Source of the DNA: Takakia lepidozioides
Lineage: Eukaryota > Plantae > Bryophyta
DNA length: 64,000 bases
Direction of reading: 5' to 3'
NCBI GenBank assembly: GCA_030704615.1
Contig: CM060734.1
Span: 10,974,001 to 11,038,000, forward strand
Shown: positions 23,865-37,860 of the stretch, piece by piece
Layout of the letters: every line of letters starts with the position of its first letter
Numbering within the stretch: the first letter of the stretch is position 1
Translations under genes and position numbers: made by a program
Notes under the pieces: generated by a model
Told to the model about the DNA's origin: nothing
What the model saw: only the letters and a program-made list of their open reading frames with translations
Databases searched by the model: none

Positions 23865-25804
23865 TCGGCCATGTTTGTCGTGGGCATGTCGGTGTCGGAG
23901 TCGAGACACATTTCCTGCACAAGCACATGTTGAGGTTACAAGCAAGTTACAAATATGGCCAAGAATAATATTCAACGGGACGCGAATTCGTGCAACTCAC
24001 CTCCCGCATATAGTCGCCGAACTGGAGGAAACGATAATGCCACCATGCTAGCCAACTGACCATTGCTCCCTCGTCTGATTTCCTTACAGCACCTGACGAT
24101 GTCCACCAAGCCCGTATACATGCAAACTGTGTCTCTGCATCATCCAAGGTGGGAGCGCGCTTCCACGCACATGGAACGGTGCTCCTCTATGAAATCTGGC
24201 GCCACGAGCCTGGTTGTGTACTGCAAAAGGCTCTGCAAAAAATGGAACCCACAAGATCTCTCTTGCCTTCCATGGGAACATTGGGTCTTTGCCCGTACAC
24301 CCTTCGGATGGCAGCCCAATTGCTTGTGCGTTGTCCGCCATGAAACCACGGAAATTGGGAGGGGCAATCCCGCCTTGGCCATCTGTTCGTTTATTCCCTA
24401 CCAAAGAAGCATCTCCGATTGTGTGTCCTCTCCTTCATCTCACAAATAGCAATTGTCATTAGCATCCTGCAGTGGGTGTCGTAGACATGTGCACCCATTG
24501 TCACCCACTGGTGATTTGTAATTCGCTGATATGGTCGAACATGACCCAACCTGTTTGACAAGTCCCCACTCGTCATCCTGTCGACCAGTTCGACGCCGCT
24601 GCCAGGTCCACACGTGGACATTTTGAATACGAAACAACGATCTGCCTCAGTCCCTTGTCCTGGAAACCTACTTCCATGAATGTAGTCATATCCACATCGT
24701 CGCTTCACCTCCAGAATGGAGTGCATGATCCGAGCCACACCCAATTTTCTGTTTGCATGAGACAATGTGGTTTCGGACATTCGGTGAACATATGGGGGAC
24801 ACCGACTCTAGCAATGCCTCTATTTCTTCTCATCGAGAGGAACTCTATCGGAGCCGTCTTCCGACATAATTCTGGCCAATGCCATCTTATGGGCGGCTTG
24901 GAGCTGTATCTGTTTGGGTTTGGCACCCGGTCTCAACTTAACCTCCTCCTGAACGAGCTGCTCTGCTTCGTGGGCAACCTCCGCGAGTTCCCCTCGCCAA
25001 TTTGTGACAATGGGAACCAACGTATTATGCAAGCTCGGGTGAGGTCAGGGAAAACGGTGCAACACATAGAACTGCTTGGCATTACAAACAGACATGCAGT
25101 GTGGTGGTTCTTTGCAATGTGCACACTTAAATGTGGAGTTCGGAACCTTCTCCTGAGCTCGAAATGGGTTGATGAGCTGTGCCTGTCCAATCGGTCTCGT
25201 TCCTGTGACCTCTGGATTTAAAGTGGAAGCAAGTTGGGGAGAAACACCGCAAACGCGCCGCACAAACAACGTAGCGCACCCGCACACCATCGAGCATCTC
25301 ATGCTGGTGGTTTTGGTAACGCACCAAGGATGACCGTCATGTTTCTATCCATATCTGTCAACATTCCGGACGCCCTCGAGTAGTCCGCCGAGGAGGGAAC
25401 TCAAAGAAGATACGTCGTCGTCGTCGGCGGGAAGGCATGTAACCCGATTTAATTGCGAACTTGCTGTAGTCCAGCCGGCCAGCTCCGACCGGTGTCCCTC
25501 CAGGTGAAGCCTCGCAGAATTTCAAGAATAGATCGAACTGTGGTGCTCGTGCTGGGAATATGACTCCCTCCTCCACTGACATCCATTGAGGACTTGCCTG
25601 ATCTCCAGGACGACCTCGGAACTTCCATGACCTCGTCTGAGTCGGACAGGTTGTGAACAACCCGGTTCTCGCTCGTCTTCATGGATGGGTTCGGCTCTGG
25701 ATTTACTTCGTTGCGGACTTCTCTCTTTGAGGTAGCCACTCTCTGATTCGCGGATTGTTTCGTGGAAGGCGCCATGATAGAAGGTGCATTTTGGCGGGCA
25801 AATG
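23865..25804 (-). pseudogene. MULE-like DDE transposase, copy C (frameshifted; 3' end deleted after TNMAE)
   Basis: GSRFPGQG..FVFKMSTCGPGSGV, FRGFMADNAQA, SCGFHF.QSL, DMPTTNMAE; homologous to 50156-52000. Confidence 0.8.
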
Positions 25805-26304
25805 NNNNNNNNNNNNNNNNNNNNNNNNNNNNNNNNNNNNNNNNNNNNNNNNNNNNNNNNNNNNNNNNNNNNNNNNNNNNNNNNNNNNNNNNNNNNNNNN
25901 NNNNNNNNNNNNNNNNNNNNNNNNNNNNNNNNNNNNNNNNNNNNNNNNNNNNNNNNNNNNNNNNNNNNNNNNNNNNNNNNNNNNNNNNNNNNNNNNNNNN
26001 NNNNNNNNNNNNNNNNNNNNNNNNNNNNNNNNNNNNNNNNNNNNNNNNNNNNNNNNNNNNNNNNNNNNNNNNNNNNNNNNNNNNNNNNNNNNNNNNNNNN
26101 NNNNNNNNNNNNNNNNNNNNNNNNNNNNNNNNNNNNNNNNNNNNNNNNNNNNNNNNNNNNNNNNNNNNNNNNNNNNNNNNNNNNNNNNNNNNNNNNNNNN
26201 NNNNNNNNNNNNNNNNNNNNNNNNNNNNNNNNNNNNNNNNNNNNNNNNNNNNNNNNNNNNNNNNNNNNNNNNNNNNNNNNNNNNNNNNNNNNNNNNNNNN
26301 NNNN
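25805..26304. other. Assembly gap (500 N)
   Basis: Run of N. Confidence 1.
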
Positions 26305-26765
26305 AACACTCCCTTTGCATCCTAGATGCACCCACATTTTGCAAACATGTCCACAAGGGTGTTGTTCAAAATGACATCTGGTACAATTCCAGCTTTGAAG
26401 ATGTCGCCATGGACCTCTTTCCCCTTTTCTAGAGCTGCCAGGGCAATGTTTAGAATGACATTGGTACTTTCCAGCTTTGACGATATCCCCATGCACCTCT
26501 TTGCCCTTCTCTAGGGCTGCCAGGCTTGCACGACGCCACATCTTGTTCAGCCATAGTGTTGAACACTCCATTTGCATCCTAGATGCACCCACATTTTGCA
26601 AACATGTCCACCAGGGTGTTGTTCAAATGAAATCTGGTACGATTCCAGCTCTGAAGATGTCGCCATGGACCTCTTTCCTCTTTTCCAGGGCTGCCAGGGC
26701 AGTGTTCAGAATGACGTTTGGTACAATTCCAGCTTTGATGATATCCCCATGCACCTCTTTGCCCA
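26305..26765 (-). pseudogene. Degenerate PLS-class pentatricopeptide repeat fragments (tandemly duplicated)
   Basis: ALEKGKEVHGDIVKAG and NTLVDMFAKCG repeated, with in-frame stops. Confidence 0.8.
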
Positions 26766-27551
26766 TGACCAGCTCTGCTACTTGCTGCTATGAGCTACAT
26801 TGTTCATGTTTGAACTCAGTTAAGTCAGCCGCCAAAAGATCAAGTGTTGAAGATGTGGCCTACATAAAAGTACATAAGATAAAAAAACAAAAATCGTGAA
26901 AAAAAAACCAAAACATGGATTCACTTGCACTATATCATGTGGCACGTCTATTGTTGGCATACTGTCATTTCAAATAGGAAAAAGAAAGATGTTATGGAGG
27001 ATATATGCCGTCATGTGTCGTCGGTGACGTAATCCAAACTTGACCATAATCACAAAAGTACATGTTTTTGAAAATTTGACCTTGGGCCACCCTTCATCTA
27101 TAATAAAAGGTTGTATTTAATGAAGACAGTTCATGGGGTGTTTTGGTTTCATATTATAAAGGACTTTATGAAAATGGCCGTTATTGGTAGGTTGATAAGG
27201 TACATTAATTTAGTTTAATCATTAAAAAAACTCTCACACTAGATTCTTTATCATAATAGCAAGGGAGGGCCAAGTCCCTTAATCCAATTATGTTACAAAA
27301 TCTAACAGATAATGAGTCCATAACAAGTTTTTTTTATGGACTGTAACAAAAGCTTATGGACTTTTCATAAAGTCCATCACTTCTACAAATAACAGTTTTT
27401 GGTGGCAAGTCTGAGAAGGTAGATACTATATGTAGATAGGTACAATGTTGTGAGTCCCTTTTAAGAAATTTCATAGAAATATAAGATTGTAGATAAAAAC
27501 CAACAAACTATGTACAGGAAAAATGACGCATTTACGTCAAAAAAATGATAC

Positions 27552-27642
27552 TGTAGGCTGCAATCACCCTGCTTGGTGTGCATATGTGTTTTGTGGTTTT
27601 GGACAGCGATGTAGTTGTGTAGCGATATATATACGCACGACA
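27552..27642 (+). repeat. Solo short-LTR-like copy related to 8596-8680
   Basis: TG...GGACAGCGATGTAGTTGTGTAGCGAT...GCACGACA. Confidence 0.6.
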
Positions 27643-27954
27643 GCTGTCAAGTTATTTTACCACTAGTAGGAAATAGCTAGCTTTTATATATTGACATTTG
27701 GGATTGACCCAAGTATCAATCCAAAGACCAATACATGTTTGGGCACTTGGTGTTGTTATCTTCACGACAGATTGCAGTGGGCTCATCTTTCTCGAGTTGA
27801 GCCTCACCGCGTCTAGCTATGGCGCCAGAGTGTGGATTCCCCATGGCGTGGGGTGCACTTGGCTCGACTTAATATATTAGTGATGTTTTCATGTGCAAGT
27901 GTGTGAATTTGAGAGAGCTTGTATGCTTGTATCATTCTCTTTCCTTATCTATTG

Positions 27955-28161
27955 TGATGGACTAGTGGCTACACTAGTGGTGGCTAATGGCAGCCTAGTG
28001 GTGGACTAGTGGCTGCACTAGTGGTGAGTAGTGGTCGTCTAGTGGCGGCCTAGTGGTGCGCACTAGTGGTGGACTAGTGATAGACTAATGTTTGGTGTGC
28101 ACATGCGTTGTATGGTTTTGGACAACGATATAGTTGTGTAGCGATATGTATACGCATGAGA
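27955..28161 (+). repeat. (CTAGTGG)-based tandem repeat followed by a second short-LTR-like copy
   Basis: About 9 CTAGTGG units, then GGACAACGATATAGTTGTGTAGCGAT; the same motif occurs inverted at 37826-37860. Confidence 0.6.
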
Positions 28162-28579
28162 AAATAAACCTTCGTGAATTAGTACCAATTCAAAAAGTGT
28201 GTGGGATAAGGTTAATAAATAGCAACTTTTCATTTTGTTTTCATCCAATTATTTTTCATTCATTCTTTTTAGACTGCACCTCATTTATTCCCTATAAATA
28301 TAAAAAAACGATGATCATTTTCTTCTCTTTCTTCCGTTATTGTTTGCAGACAATAGAAATGTCTCTCAGTTTTGCTCTTTTACCTTCATTTCTGTGTTTC
28401 TTCTTTGTTTCTGTTGCTTGTTTATGTTTCTCTGTCCTTTCGGTTCTTTGACAATGTTTTTTAGTTCTTTTCAGTAGTCTTTCTGTGTCCTACTCTTTGT
28501 CAATTGTCTTTCTGTGTGAGTTTTTCGATAGAATAAAACTTTCTCTTTCGTTTTCTCTTTCAGTCTGTTGTCTTTTTTT

Positions 28580-29700
28580 TCTTTGAAAGCTGTAGACATC
28601 AGCTCTGCGTAGAAATTCACCATCATCCCGTAAATGATCACTTGTCAGGTCTTCGTCTTCGTCTTCGTTTGAATCTGAATCTTAAGACTTCTTGTCAAGA
28701 GCACACATCTTTAAATGTTCTGGAGATTTCCATTGAGCCATGTCAAACATACGTGCCCGATGTGAAACAAATTAAAACATACTCTTGCTTTTGGTCTGAA
28801 TTGAACCAAAATCAGCCACTTTCACTAACTTTTCTCCCTCTACTGAATGAGTAACTAGAATATTTCTAGGTTTAAGATCTCCGTGCACTATTTGCTGCTG
28901 ATGTAGGTACGCATGCCTATGGCAATCTCCAACGTGATGTCAAGAGCTTTCCAGAGATCGAGAGACGGAGGACAAGTCAATGGGTTAGATGTGCTAGGAA
29001 CAGCTGAATTCTTCCTGGTCTCCTTAAAAGATATAACAAAGCAAAGGCCTCCTGGAGATAAATCTCCCTCGGTAATTTTACGAAATCTTTTCTTGCATAC
29101 CTCTCTCATTTCCATTTCATCTCATACACAATGCCACATAGACCTTTACCTAGTAGGCACATGCTCAGTAAGTCTCTCGATTGCAATGGAGGTGAAATTG
29201 CATCGCCTGAGCTTCCAACATCCTTTTCACTAGTTGGAGAGACCATGACGTTCTCCATGAGCCGTTTTCCTCTAGAGGGTTCTTTTGGGCCAGAGCTTCC
29301 GACGACATCGTCGCGACTTTGAGACACCATTGATCACGTCTTTCTAGCGTCCGCGCTGTCTCAATGTGACTCAACTTATATCAGGAGCAGATGATGACAC
29401 AACGTTCAGAAGAAAATAGAGTAGAAACAATATGAGCCCACTTTCAAGAAGGTGGGAATCTGCAAACAAAAGAAGTGCATTTGCATCACGCTCTAATATC
29501 ACTTTCTACCTCCTTTTTTGCTTCACACTCACAACCTTGCTTCAACTCCGTCATGCATTCTCTGTCAATGAGGCCTCCGGAGTCCAAGATTCTATACGCT
29601 TTCCTACACCGCATGAGTAAAACATCCACACAGATTGCACAACGGCTAGAATCGTTGAAATCAAACCAAAATTCCATTCGAGTGTGTTCAATCTCATAGA
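28580..29700 (-). pseudogene. Protein kinase pseudogene
   Basis: Manual translation of the - strand: ALDITLEIAIGMR / YLHQQQIVHGDLKPRNILV / KVADFG / WKSPE / RADVYSF, with a frameshift and stops. The 5' limit is approximate. Confidence 0.75.
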
Positions 29701-29944
29701 GCTGGAAACAACTGAGGGATGCCTCGGCATGAGCCTAGTCACGTGAGCGCAACTGCGCTCACGCCATGTCACCTTGCGCCAATGCCACATCACGGGACTC
29801 ACTCCACGTCATCGCACTTGAAGGCCGCGTCACCACGCGCCAAAGAAGAAGTGGAGTGTATTCCCGCGGATTGGCACCCTTTACCGTGGAAACAAGGTGG
29901 ACGACATAATTAAAGGCAATGGTCATTCCCACCTAAAAGCAACA

Positions 29945-30280
29945 GATGAATAAAGGATGGATGAATGTACAAATGGATGATAAACAGATGGATGAGTGTG
30001 AAAAATGAATGTAGATGGATGAATAAGGGATGGATAAGAGTCAAATGGATGAATGTATAATGGATGATGAACAATGGAAAACATTCATGACATGAGGATG
30101 CATGAATACACTTTAGACGAATGCACAACGTATATGACATGAGTGTGGTAGGTTTGGATGAATGTACAATAGATGTTGAACAAAAGGAAACATTCATGAA
30201 TGGAGCACGCATGAATACACTGTAGATAAATGCACAATGGATATGACAAGAGTGAGGGAGGTTTGTGAGATGGATTCATA
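29945..30280. repeat. Low-complexity GGATGAAT-rich repeat
   Basis: Recurrent GGATGAAT/GATGGATG units with an internal ~120-bp duplication. Confidence 0.6.
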
Positions 30281-30403
30281 CATATTGCAATTTAAATAAA
30301 AGTTGATTCTTTGATCTTTTTTTTCTAAAGGAACAACTACGATGGAGGAAGGGGATTCAACGTTTTCCAAAGAGGATGAAACAGAATATTAAAATAACAT
30401 AGT

Positions 30404-33400
30404 TCAGTCTGACTCAGAGTCAGTACAATGTATCCCCACTTCCTCTGCATCTAAGTCTAAGTATTTAAGAACTCCGGATCTACGTTGGCTACACCTACGG
30501 TTGGGCAATAAAAAATCAGGGGATAGGGACTCAGCCGTGTGAAGTGCCATTGCTTTGGCATATACATGAAGTAGAAAATTGGAAAGGGGGCTGTCGAAAA
30601 CACTCGCCACAAATGACTGTATCTCCTGAAGATCCACCGCTGCCTTTCTTGAAAGACAGCCTGAAAAAGTTATTACTGTAACTTTGATGTTATTCAAAAA
30701 TTGAGTATGGCTCCCAAAGTGGGTTTAACACTTACTCACATGAAAAGTCGTTGTCGACCTGCTTATCTTCGGGATCGTCATCATTTTGAATTTGAATCCT
30801 ATCAGTCTGTGTGCCTGAAGTGGAGCTAGACAAAAGGGGGAGGAGCACTGTCTTGTAGAGGTCAGAATCACCCTCCATGCCAAAAATGCTTCTTCCGCCT
30901 GCCTTGGATGCATGGTAAGTTGCTCCTGCACCAGACAGGAGGACATGAACAGTTTGGTGGGGGGGGGATTTAAGCAGATGGAACTGGTGAAAGAAAATCA
31001 ATTTGGAAGGGAGAGAACGAACCTGTGGACACAGAAAGATCAACCACCCATGCGGAGTGGTGGCTGCATGACTCCAGCAGTATTTGCATGAACGCTGGGG
31101 ATTTTTCCTTTGCACCTCTCCAGGGAGTGCCATCTGGTCTCTTGAGAGTCTGACTGGACTGCATGAAGTTGTACAAAATGTCATCGACATGCGGCTCATA
31201 GGGGGGGTTGACGAAACAACCTTGGTCAGAAATCTCAAAGCTGCGGACGGAGGATGGTGTCTTTGAGGTGCGAATCCTCCGCAGGCAGATCGTCTCGAAC
31301 ATCCTCGTCTGCCAAAGATTGCAGGTTAGGGTGGTAAACACAAGCTATAGTGGAAATTTGTACATTGGCTATTCAGAATGCAGGCATAAAACAATCTGTT
31401 TTGTCACGAATCTGTGATGATCGGTGTCGATCATTACAAATTCTTCTAGAGTGGAGCTGCAGAGAACATTGAAACTCATCATGAAAGCACAAGCAGAAGG
31501 GATACGGCATACCAGCTGACCAGGGAAACCCCCTTTCACAAGGTAGAGGCTGTTCACACAATTCCATATGCGCAAAACTTCAAACCCATAAGACTTCAGG
31601 TATGATGCCAATGCCCGATGACTGTCTTTGTCACATGACTGAAAAAACAGAAATGTCCCTACATCAGAGAGGAAATTATTACAGAACCCGAACACCCAAC
31701 TCCAGTAGTTATCCTCGAATTTGTTCCAGCTTGGCGTCTTGCCCTTTGGAAGAACTTTTGGCACAACCTGGCCATCTGGGATGTCGAGAATGACAATGTC
31801 AGCCGCAAATATTTTCTGCACACCGCACACGAAGGTGGGACCAGTGCTCACCTGCAACAGACATGTTTATTTTAAGAACTATGGCAAGAATGTTTTCAAA
31901 GAACCAAACTGAAATACTGTCAATGAAACTTACAGATAAAAAAGAAAGAAACTTGAATTATCACCAGATTGAGGAATGAGATTATGTTGTCCCAGGTAGG
32001 CAAAGGCACCCCAGTTTAATCCTCTCTTTCGACTCTACATCATCGCCAGCCAACCCTCATTGACAATTTTAATCTCTCCTGCCGAATCAGAACGGGAAGG
32101 GTGTGGCTTGGCATCGAACACGCACTGAACTGTGCGGGTATACCTTCCAGCAGTGATGTCCTGCCCACTCTCATTTTCCTTCTCCATCTCTTTTTCTTTC
32201 TCTTTCCCCTTGTCATTTTCCTTCTCCTTGTCCTTAGACTTGTCTTTGTCCTTTGGCTTTGCTGGTGAGATGACTATGACATCAGGAGCCTTGTCTTTTG
32301 GTTTGCGCCCCGCCTTCTTGCCCTTCTGCGGCGTTCCCTGAGCATCAGGCTCCTTGGCAGCCAATTTTTATATGTTTCTTTGGTACTGCTCGTCAGTCAG
32401 AGGCGCCAGCATCTCAGCATTATTGTTCAAATATTTCATGTGTTGTTCTTGAAAGGTCGTGTGCTCCGGTGGGCAGTCAAGGTACCAGCCACAATTTCTG
32501 AAGTGAGAAGGACTCCGATCCTTCAATATCCCTGCAGTGTACATGGTTGGATCGTTTGCAGGGTCCGACCACATGTCAAGATAGTCTAGAATACCGCTCA
32601 GATGATTTCCATCCATAAGCACATATTTCGGGTATCTGTGAAACAGGAGATAAAACCCAACCTACCAAAGCGCGAAATGAGTAAGATGCAAGTAACACAT
32701 AATGAAAAAATCAAGGAATGAAATGGCGCTGAGAACTGCTCTAAGGAGCTCTCAGGACCACGCGACAGCTCTGGATGTGAATGTCGTCAACGCCATTCAC
32801 AAAATTCCATTCAAGGATACTACCAATACACCCTAAGTTCCTAATCCAGGTGAATGCAAACTCTCGATTTGGAATGACACATACATCTCTGATTACACTG
32901 ATCTCTGGATCTCTGATTACACTGCTAATCAAGCCTAATGATTTCTCAAAAGAGAAAAAATCATTGCATAGAAACTGAATGTCAGCAACGACATTCAGAA
33001 AAAATCCAGTGAGGAACCCTCACTAAAAACTTAATGGACATTCAAAACGTACATAACATTGAGGACCTCATAACAACTCTGGATGTGAATGTCGTCAACC
33101 CCATTCACAAAATTCCGATCAAGGACACTATAAATACACCCTAAGCTCCTAATCCAGGTTAATTCAAATTCTCGTTGGTGAATGACACAGACATAGAAGT
33201 GAATGTCATCAACGACATTCACTTTGGATCTCTAATTGCACTGCTAATCAAGCCTCAAGATTTCTCACAAGAGGCAAAAACATTGCATAGAAACTAAATG
33301 TCGACAACGACATTCAGCAAACTCGAGTGAGGAACCCTCACTAAAAACTCAATGGACATTAAAAACGTACATAACTCTGAGGACCTCTTAACAACTCTGG

Positions 33401-36400
33401 ATGTGAATGTCATCAATGCCATTCACAAAATTCCAATCAATGACACTATAAATACACCCTAAGCTCCTAATCCAGGTAAATTCAAATTCTCGCTTTAGAA
33501 TGACACATACATAGAAATGAATGTCGTCAACGACATTCTTTTTGGATCTATGATTACACTGCTAATCAAGCCTAATGATTTCTCAAAAAGTGCAGTAGAG
33601 TTTCCAGTATGATATTGCACCTGTACACAACTCGCATCATGGCCCACTCTCCCCCAACCTGACTGTCAAAGTCGTTGGACCGTAAAATGTTACCATCCTT
33701 GGAGAACTCCCGGAAAAAACAGTATCTCCAGGTGAGACCTCTCCACTTCCTTATGTATGCCTCCAATGACATTTGGGGAGGGGAAACAATCGAAATGTTC
33801 AAGTCCTTCAAAGTCTGCTCCAGCACAATGATGGCGCGTTTTTCGAGCTGTAAATTGTATATTTCTCAATATTGCAAATAAGATATTCATCACATAATTG
33901 AAGCAAAAAACTGCTTATTTGAATACACACCTGACTCCAAAATATAGCCTTGTGTAGCCAGTTATCAAACACTAAATCACTGATTCCTTCCACCTTTGTG
34001 TCAGGTTGTATGGTGCTCTTTGGGAACTAATTCAAGTCCTTCACTGTCTGATCTGAGTTCCAAATCTCCAGCCATCTTATTTTCGTTTGGGGGTCGACCA
34101 TGGATATGGCCAGCCGGTGCAATTTCTCCTGCTGCATCTCCAGATGCACATGCTTGTCATAGTGAGATTTGATCTGCTGAAGGAACTCAGCACCAAGTCC
34201 AGGATCTACTATTCTAAGCTGCTTTCCGAAGGCGGACATCAGTTAGTTTCTGCGCATTTCAAACTCCTTCTTTATTGGTGCTTCCACACCCTTTGATGTC
34301 CTAAGTTCCTCTGGTGTTGTGCGGTAATATTCGGATTTTCCCTTCTCAGCTGCCTCTGCCAATTCTTGCTGCATTGATTAAAATAAAGATACCGAACGAA
34401 ATACAAACATGTATTCAGAAAGACATCTGAGTACAGGCTCGGCCTTATCGCATACATGTACTCCAGAAACGCCTCTCGAGTCAAAGAATACCAAGTGCCT
34501 GCAGCTCTTCCTGTTTCGCACTTCTTGATTATATTGGGGTGGAGTTATGTGCGAAAATCATCCAACTTCATCAGACCAATCCTCTGAATTCGGAACAGTG
34601 TGTGAACCAAGTTTGTTGTCACATGCGATTTCTCTGTCGATCTGCAAAAAACATTTGAAACAATGTATTCGTTAACACTGTTTTTTTTGTGGGATTAACA
34701 AGACACTGCAGAGGGATTGGAGTCTCTAGGATGACTTACTTGTTCACGTCGTGCATAGCTGTAAGAAGCCTAGCAATGTCGTTTCCAGGATCCAAAACCA
34801 TTGCCTCCACAACAACATGCTTGTCTTTGTCTTTCGCATGATGTTTCTGAATGTATCCCATCCATGCCAGCAATCGGTGGTTGTCGTCCCAGACGTAGAA
34901 CATGTGGTTGCAGAATTGCTGGGTATTTTTTCCCATCATGAGGCCCAGCTCGAACTCCTCATTAGCATCCTTCCAGCACTCATCCCAGGTATCTCTGATC
35001 TCAGGAGACACTAATGTGTTTTTTCTATTTGTATCCGTCAGTGACACATAAAAAACTTGTGCGCCAAGTCTGTATCCATGCACAAAATCACTCTCCAATT
35101 CTATTATGTCATGGGAAAGAGGTGGACGCACAACAGACATAGATATCATCCGGCATAGTGGGATGTCCAGACGCCCTCCAGAGACGAGCATGTCCCTTAT
35201 AACCTCCTGAGAGTTTACCTTCTGGAATGACATGAGTTCTTTCACCTTGTCAAGGTAGTGCACTTCAGATTCATCTGCTTCATCGCTATTCTGTGAGCTT
35301 TTGCCAGACTCGTCCCCATCTCCATATCATTTTCCCTCTGTTCCTGTCTGCTTGGACTTCACAGTTTTCTGCACGATGCCATTCAAATCTGACTATGAGT
35401 AATGTGCAAATAGTGAATGGCGGTAACGACCATCACTCTGTCTCATCTCAACTCACAATGAATGGTGTCAAACAAATTCAGAACCATCTACACAAGCAAA
35501 GTTGATCCAAACGAATGCAAAACAAAAACTATGATTCTAGGGAAACAGGAACAAAAAGGTTTTGAGCATTAGCGAACGGCGTTAACGACAATCACAAAAC
35601 AGTGGGACGTGCCCGATCGGTATGGTGCAATGACATATATGTGATTGGCGGCAACAACACTCAGTATAGTTTAGGGCAGACAGTAAGTGCAGATAATTCA
35701 CATAGACTCCATTGTGATGAACGTCGCAAGCAATCACTGTTTCTTGTCTATGTCGAGAATACTTTCCAATCGATACTCTACCTGAATCTACAGTATGGTC
35801 TCCAAATCTTTGATTGGTGGTACCGCCTTTCCACTTCTCTATCTGTTCAACCTCAAACAAAGAAAATGCATTGCAAAACAATATGACTGCATATGCCGAC
35901 CCTCACTCTCTCTTCAAGCATATAGGTACATAAATCTCATGAGGAGAATCAAATGGCGTTAACGACGCTCGCACTTCACTAGACCTCAATCACAGGTTCC
36001 TGCTAAAGAAGGGAAGAGGAAGGACTGCTTAAAAAGCAATCAGACAGACTGTATGATCTGAACAACAGTGAATGACGGTACCGTCAGTCATCCACTCATT
36101 GTGTGGAAAACCCTTAACAGAGGAATACAAAACAAATCACCATTGTTTCATGGTGATGGTCGGTAGCGACAATCCCTTTCTAGGACATTGCACTCAATCT
36201 CTTAGCAGATCTTCAACCATGAAATGGAAGTTAGAGAACACTTACGGGCGCCTTCTTAGGTTTTGAAATTGGATCCCCTTCTGCACCTTTCCTCTTTCCT
36301 CTCACATCTACTGGAATTTCTGTTTGCTCTAGGGTTTGTGGACCTTCTCCCGGTTCAGCATTCCCGGACTTCCCCCTCCTTCAGTTTTCCTGCGAATCAT

Positions 36401-36550
36401 TTCTACATCCACAGGCTGGTTTCCAACGCTCACTGTTATCGCCAACTGTGTCACAGCCGCAGCCTCATTCTCGGTCTGCTCTTGTGATTTAGTCTCCGCG
36501 TTCACCTGCTGCCTTGGCCCTGTGTTCTCCAACAAATGACGCCTCGTCAT
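30404..36550 (-). pseudogene. Multi-exon ParB-like + beta-class DNA methyltransferase-fold gene, paralog B (in-frame stops)
   Basis: Exon 34737-35263 IPLCRM..FYVWDDNHRLLAW (ParB/Srx-like); DIVILDIPDG (motif IV position); EKSPAFMQILLE..VVDLSVSTG / GATYHASKAGGRSIFGMEGD (motifs X-I-II). Exon layout matches 54869-59991. First exon (to 36550) tentative. Confidence 0.75.
32770..33575. repeat. Intronic tandem repeat (~318-bp unit) carrying seven palindromes (GT)GAATGTCGT-CA-ACGACATTC(AC)
   Basis: Copies at 32779, 32977, 33087, 33201, 33296, 33405 and 33519. Confidence 0.85.
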
Positions 36551-37860
36551 TTGTTGCTCTGCGTCTCTCTCTAAGGGAAGTAAAATAAAGAGACTTCTTT
36601 CTCTTTCGTATTGTAGAAGGAACCCTCTCCAGCTTGACTACCACTCTCCTTCTAAGTGCGAAAACTAGAAAGACAAAGTGACTCTCGATTTCTTGTGGGA
36701 TTGCGTGCGTTGTGGTTTGTCTCTATAAGCATCAGATTCCCTCTCGCGTGACCGTTACACATAGTCATTCCCTTATTAGTGCACCTGCCAGCAATTAGTG
36801 TACAGCTCTTCGTATTCAATATAGTTATCGATGTCTGACGTGTGTTGCCCAAAATAAACGACGCGTTGTTTATTAGAACGGTTTCAATAATTGAAAATAA
36901 CAGCGAATCTCAGACATCTTAGCGTACAATCTTAGACAAATATATGTAAATGAACGAGTGTTTGATGACAAATTTTGGGATATCATATACATTTGTCCTT
37001 GTTAGCCAACCCCACGTTCGTTTCACAGTTTGAACTTTCCAGGTGCGCATGATCATTGGTAGTAGTATAAAGATGCATTTACTTAATCTGCTATCCCACC
37101 CTCAGATCATGTGGCATGCTTCCAAGAAGTCGGCTTGTTATTGTGTTTATTGATGAGGTTCTGAATAAAGGTTTAACAGCTACCGAAATTGCTCCTAAGG
37201 ATACTCTGACCATAGGGCCCACAAAAAAAGTAATTAAAATGGACGGCTGCATGTCTGGAAGGAATACCAGAATATGCACAGTCGTCGTGTGAGCTTCCTC
37301 CGCGATATTCTCTGCTCATTCTTCAACAGTGTTCTGGAGACCTCAGTCAACAGATTTACACTGAAGGTCTGCGATAGCAAGACATCTATGTACGCGAGGA
37401 GGGAAGATGACTTCCTCTGAAGCGGAGTTCTTCTCTGACGACAAACCAGTGCCGTTCTCCCAAGAAGTCCTTGACAATGGATTTGCAATTGTTCTGGAAC
37501 ATGTCTTGGCTACCCGCTTTCAGCTTCAGAATGGCTCCATCTTTTTGGAGAAAGAGGTGTACGATTTGAAAGGGAAGTTGTTGAAATACTCTTTCCATGT
37601 TGAGACGGCTCATGTTAGCCAGTGGAGAGTGCGCCCTGGTTGATACAGAGTACTTGGAGAGCCTCGGCGAAAGTCCCTTGGATCATATGTGACGCCCGGG
37701 ACTGCTGTTTTAGTCGTTGAAGACAAGAGGGAGGTGGTGGTGAAAAAAGAACAGACGTCCTCCTCACACTCCAATCGTTGAGCTTTCGGATTCGTCCGAT
37801 GATGACATAAGTGAAATTCCAAATCCACTATTCCACCACTAGGCTGCCACTAGCCACCAC

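Noticed and set aside
25449-26601. Long ORFs across 25.4-26.6 kb
   Set aside because: Artefacts of reading through the N gap.
37234-37830. Possible host gene fragment (F-box-like)
   Set aside because: No convincing motif and several stops; left unassigned.
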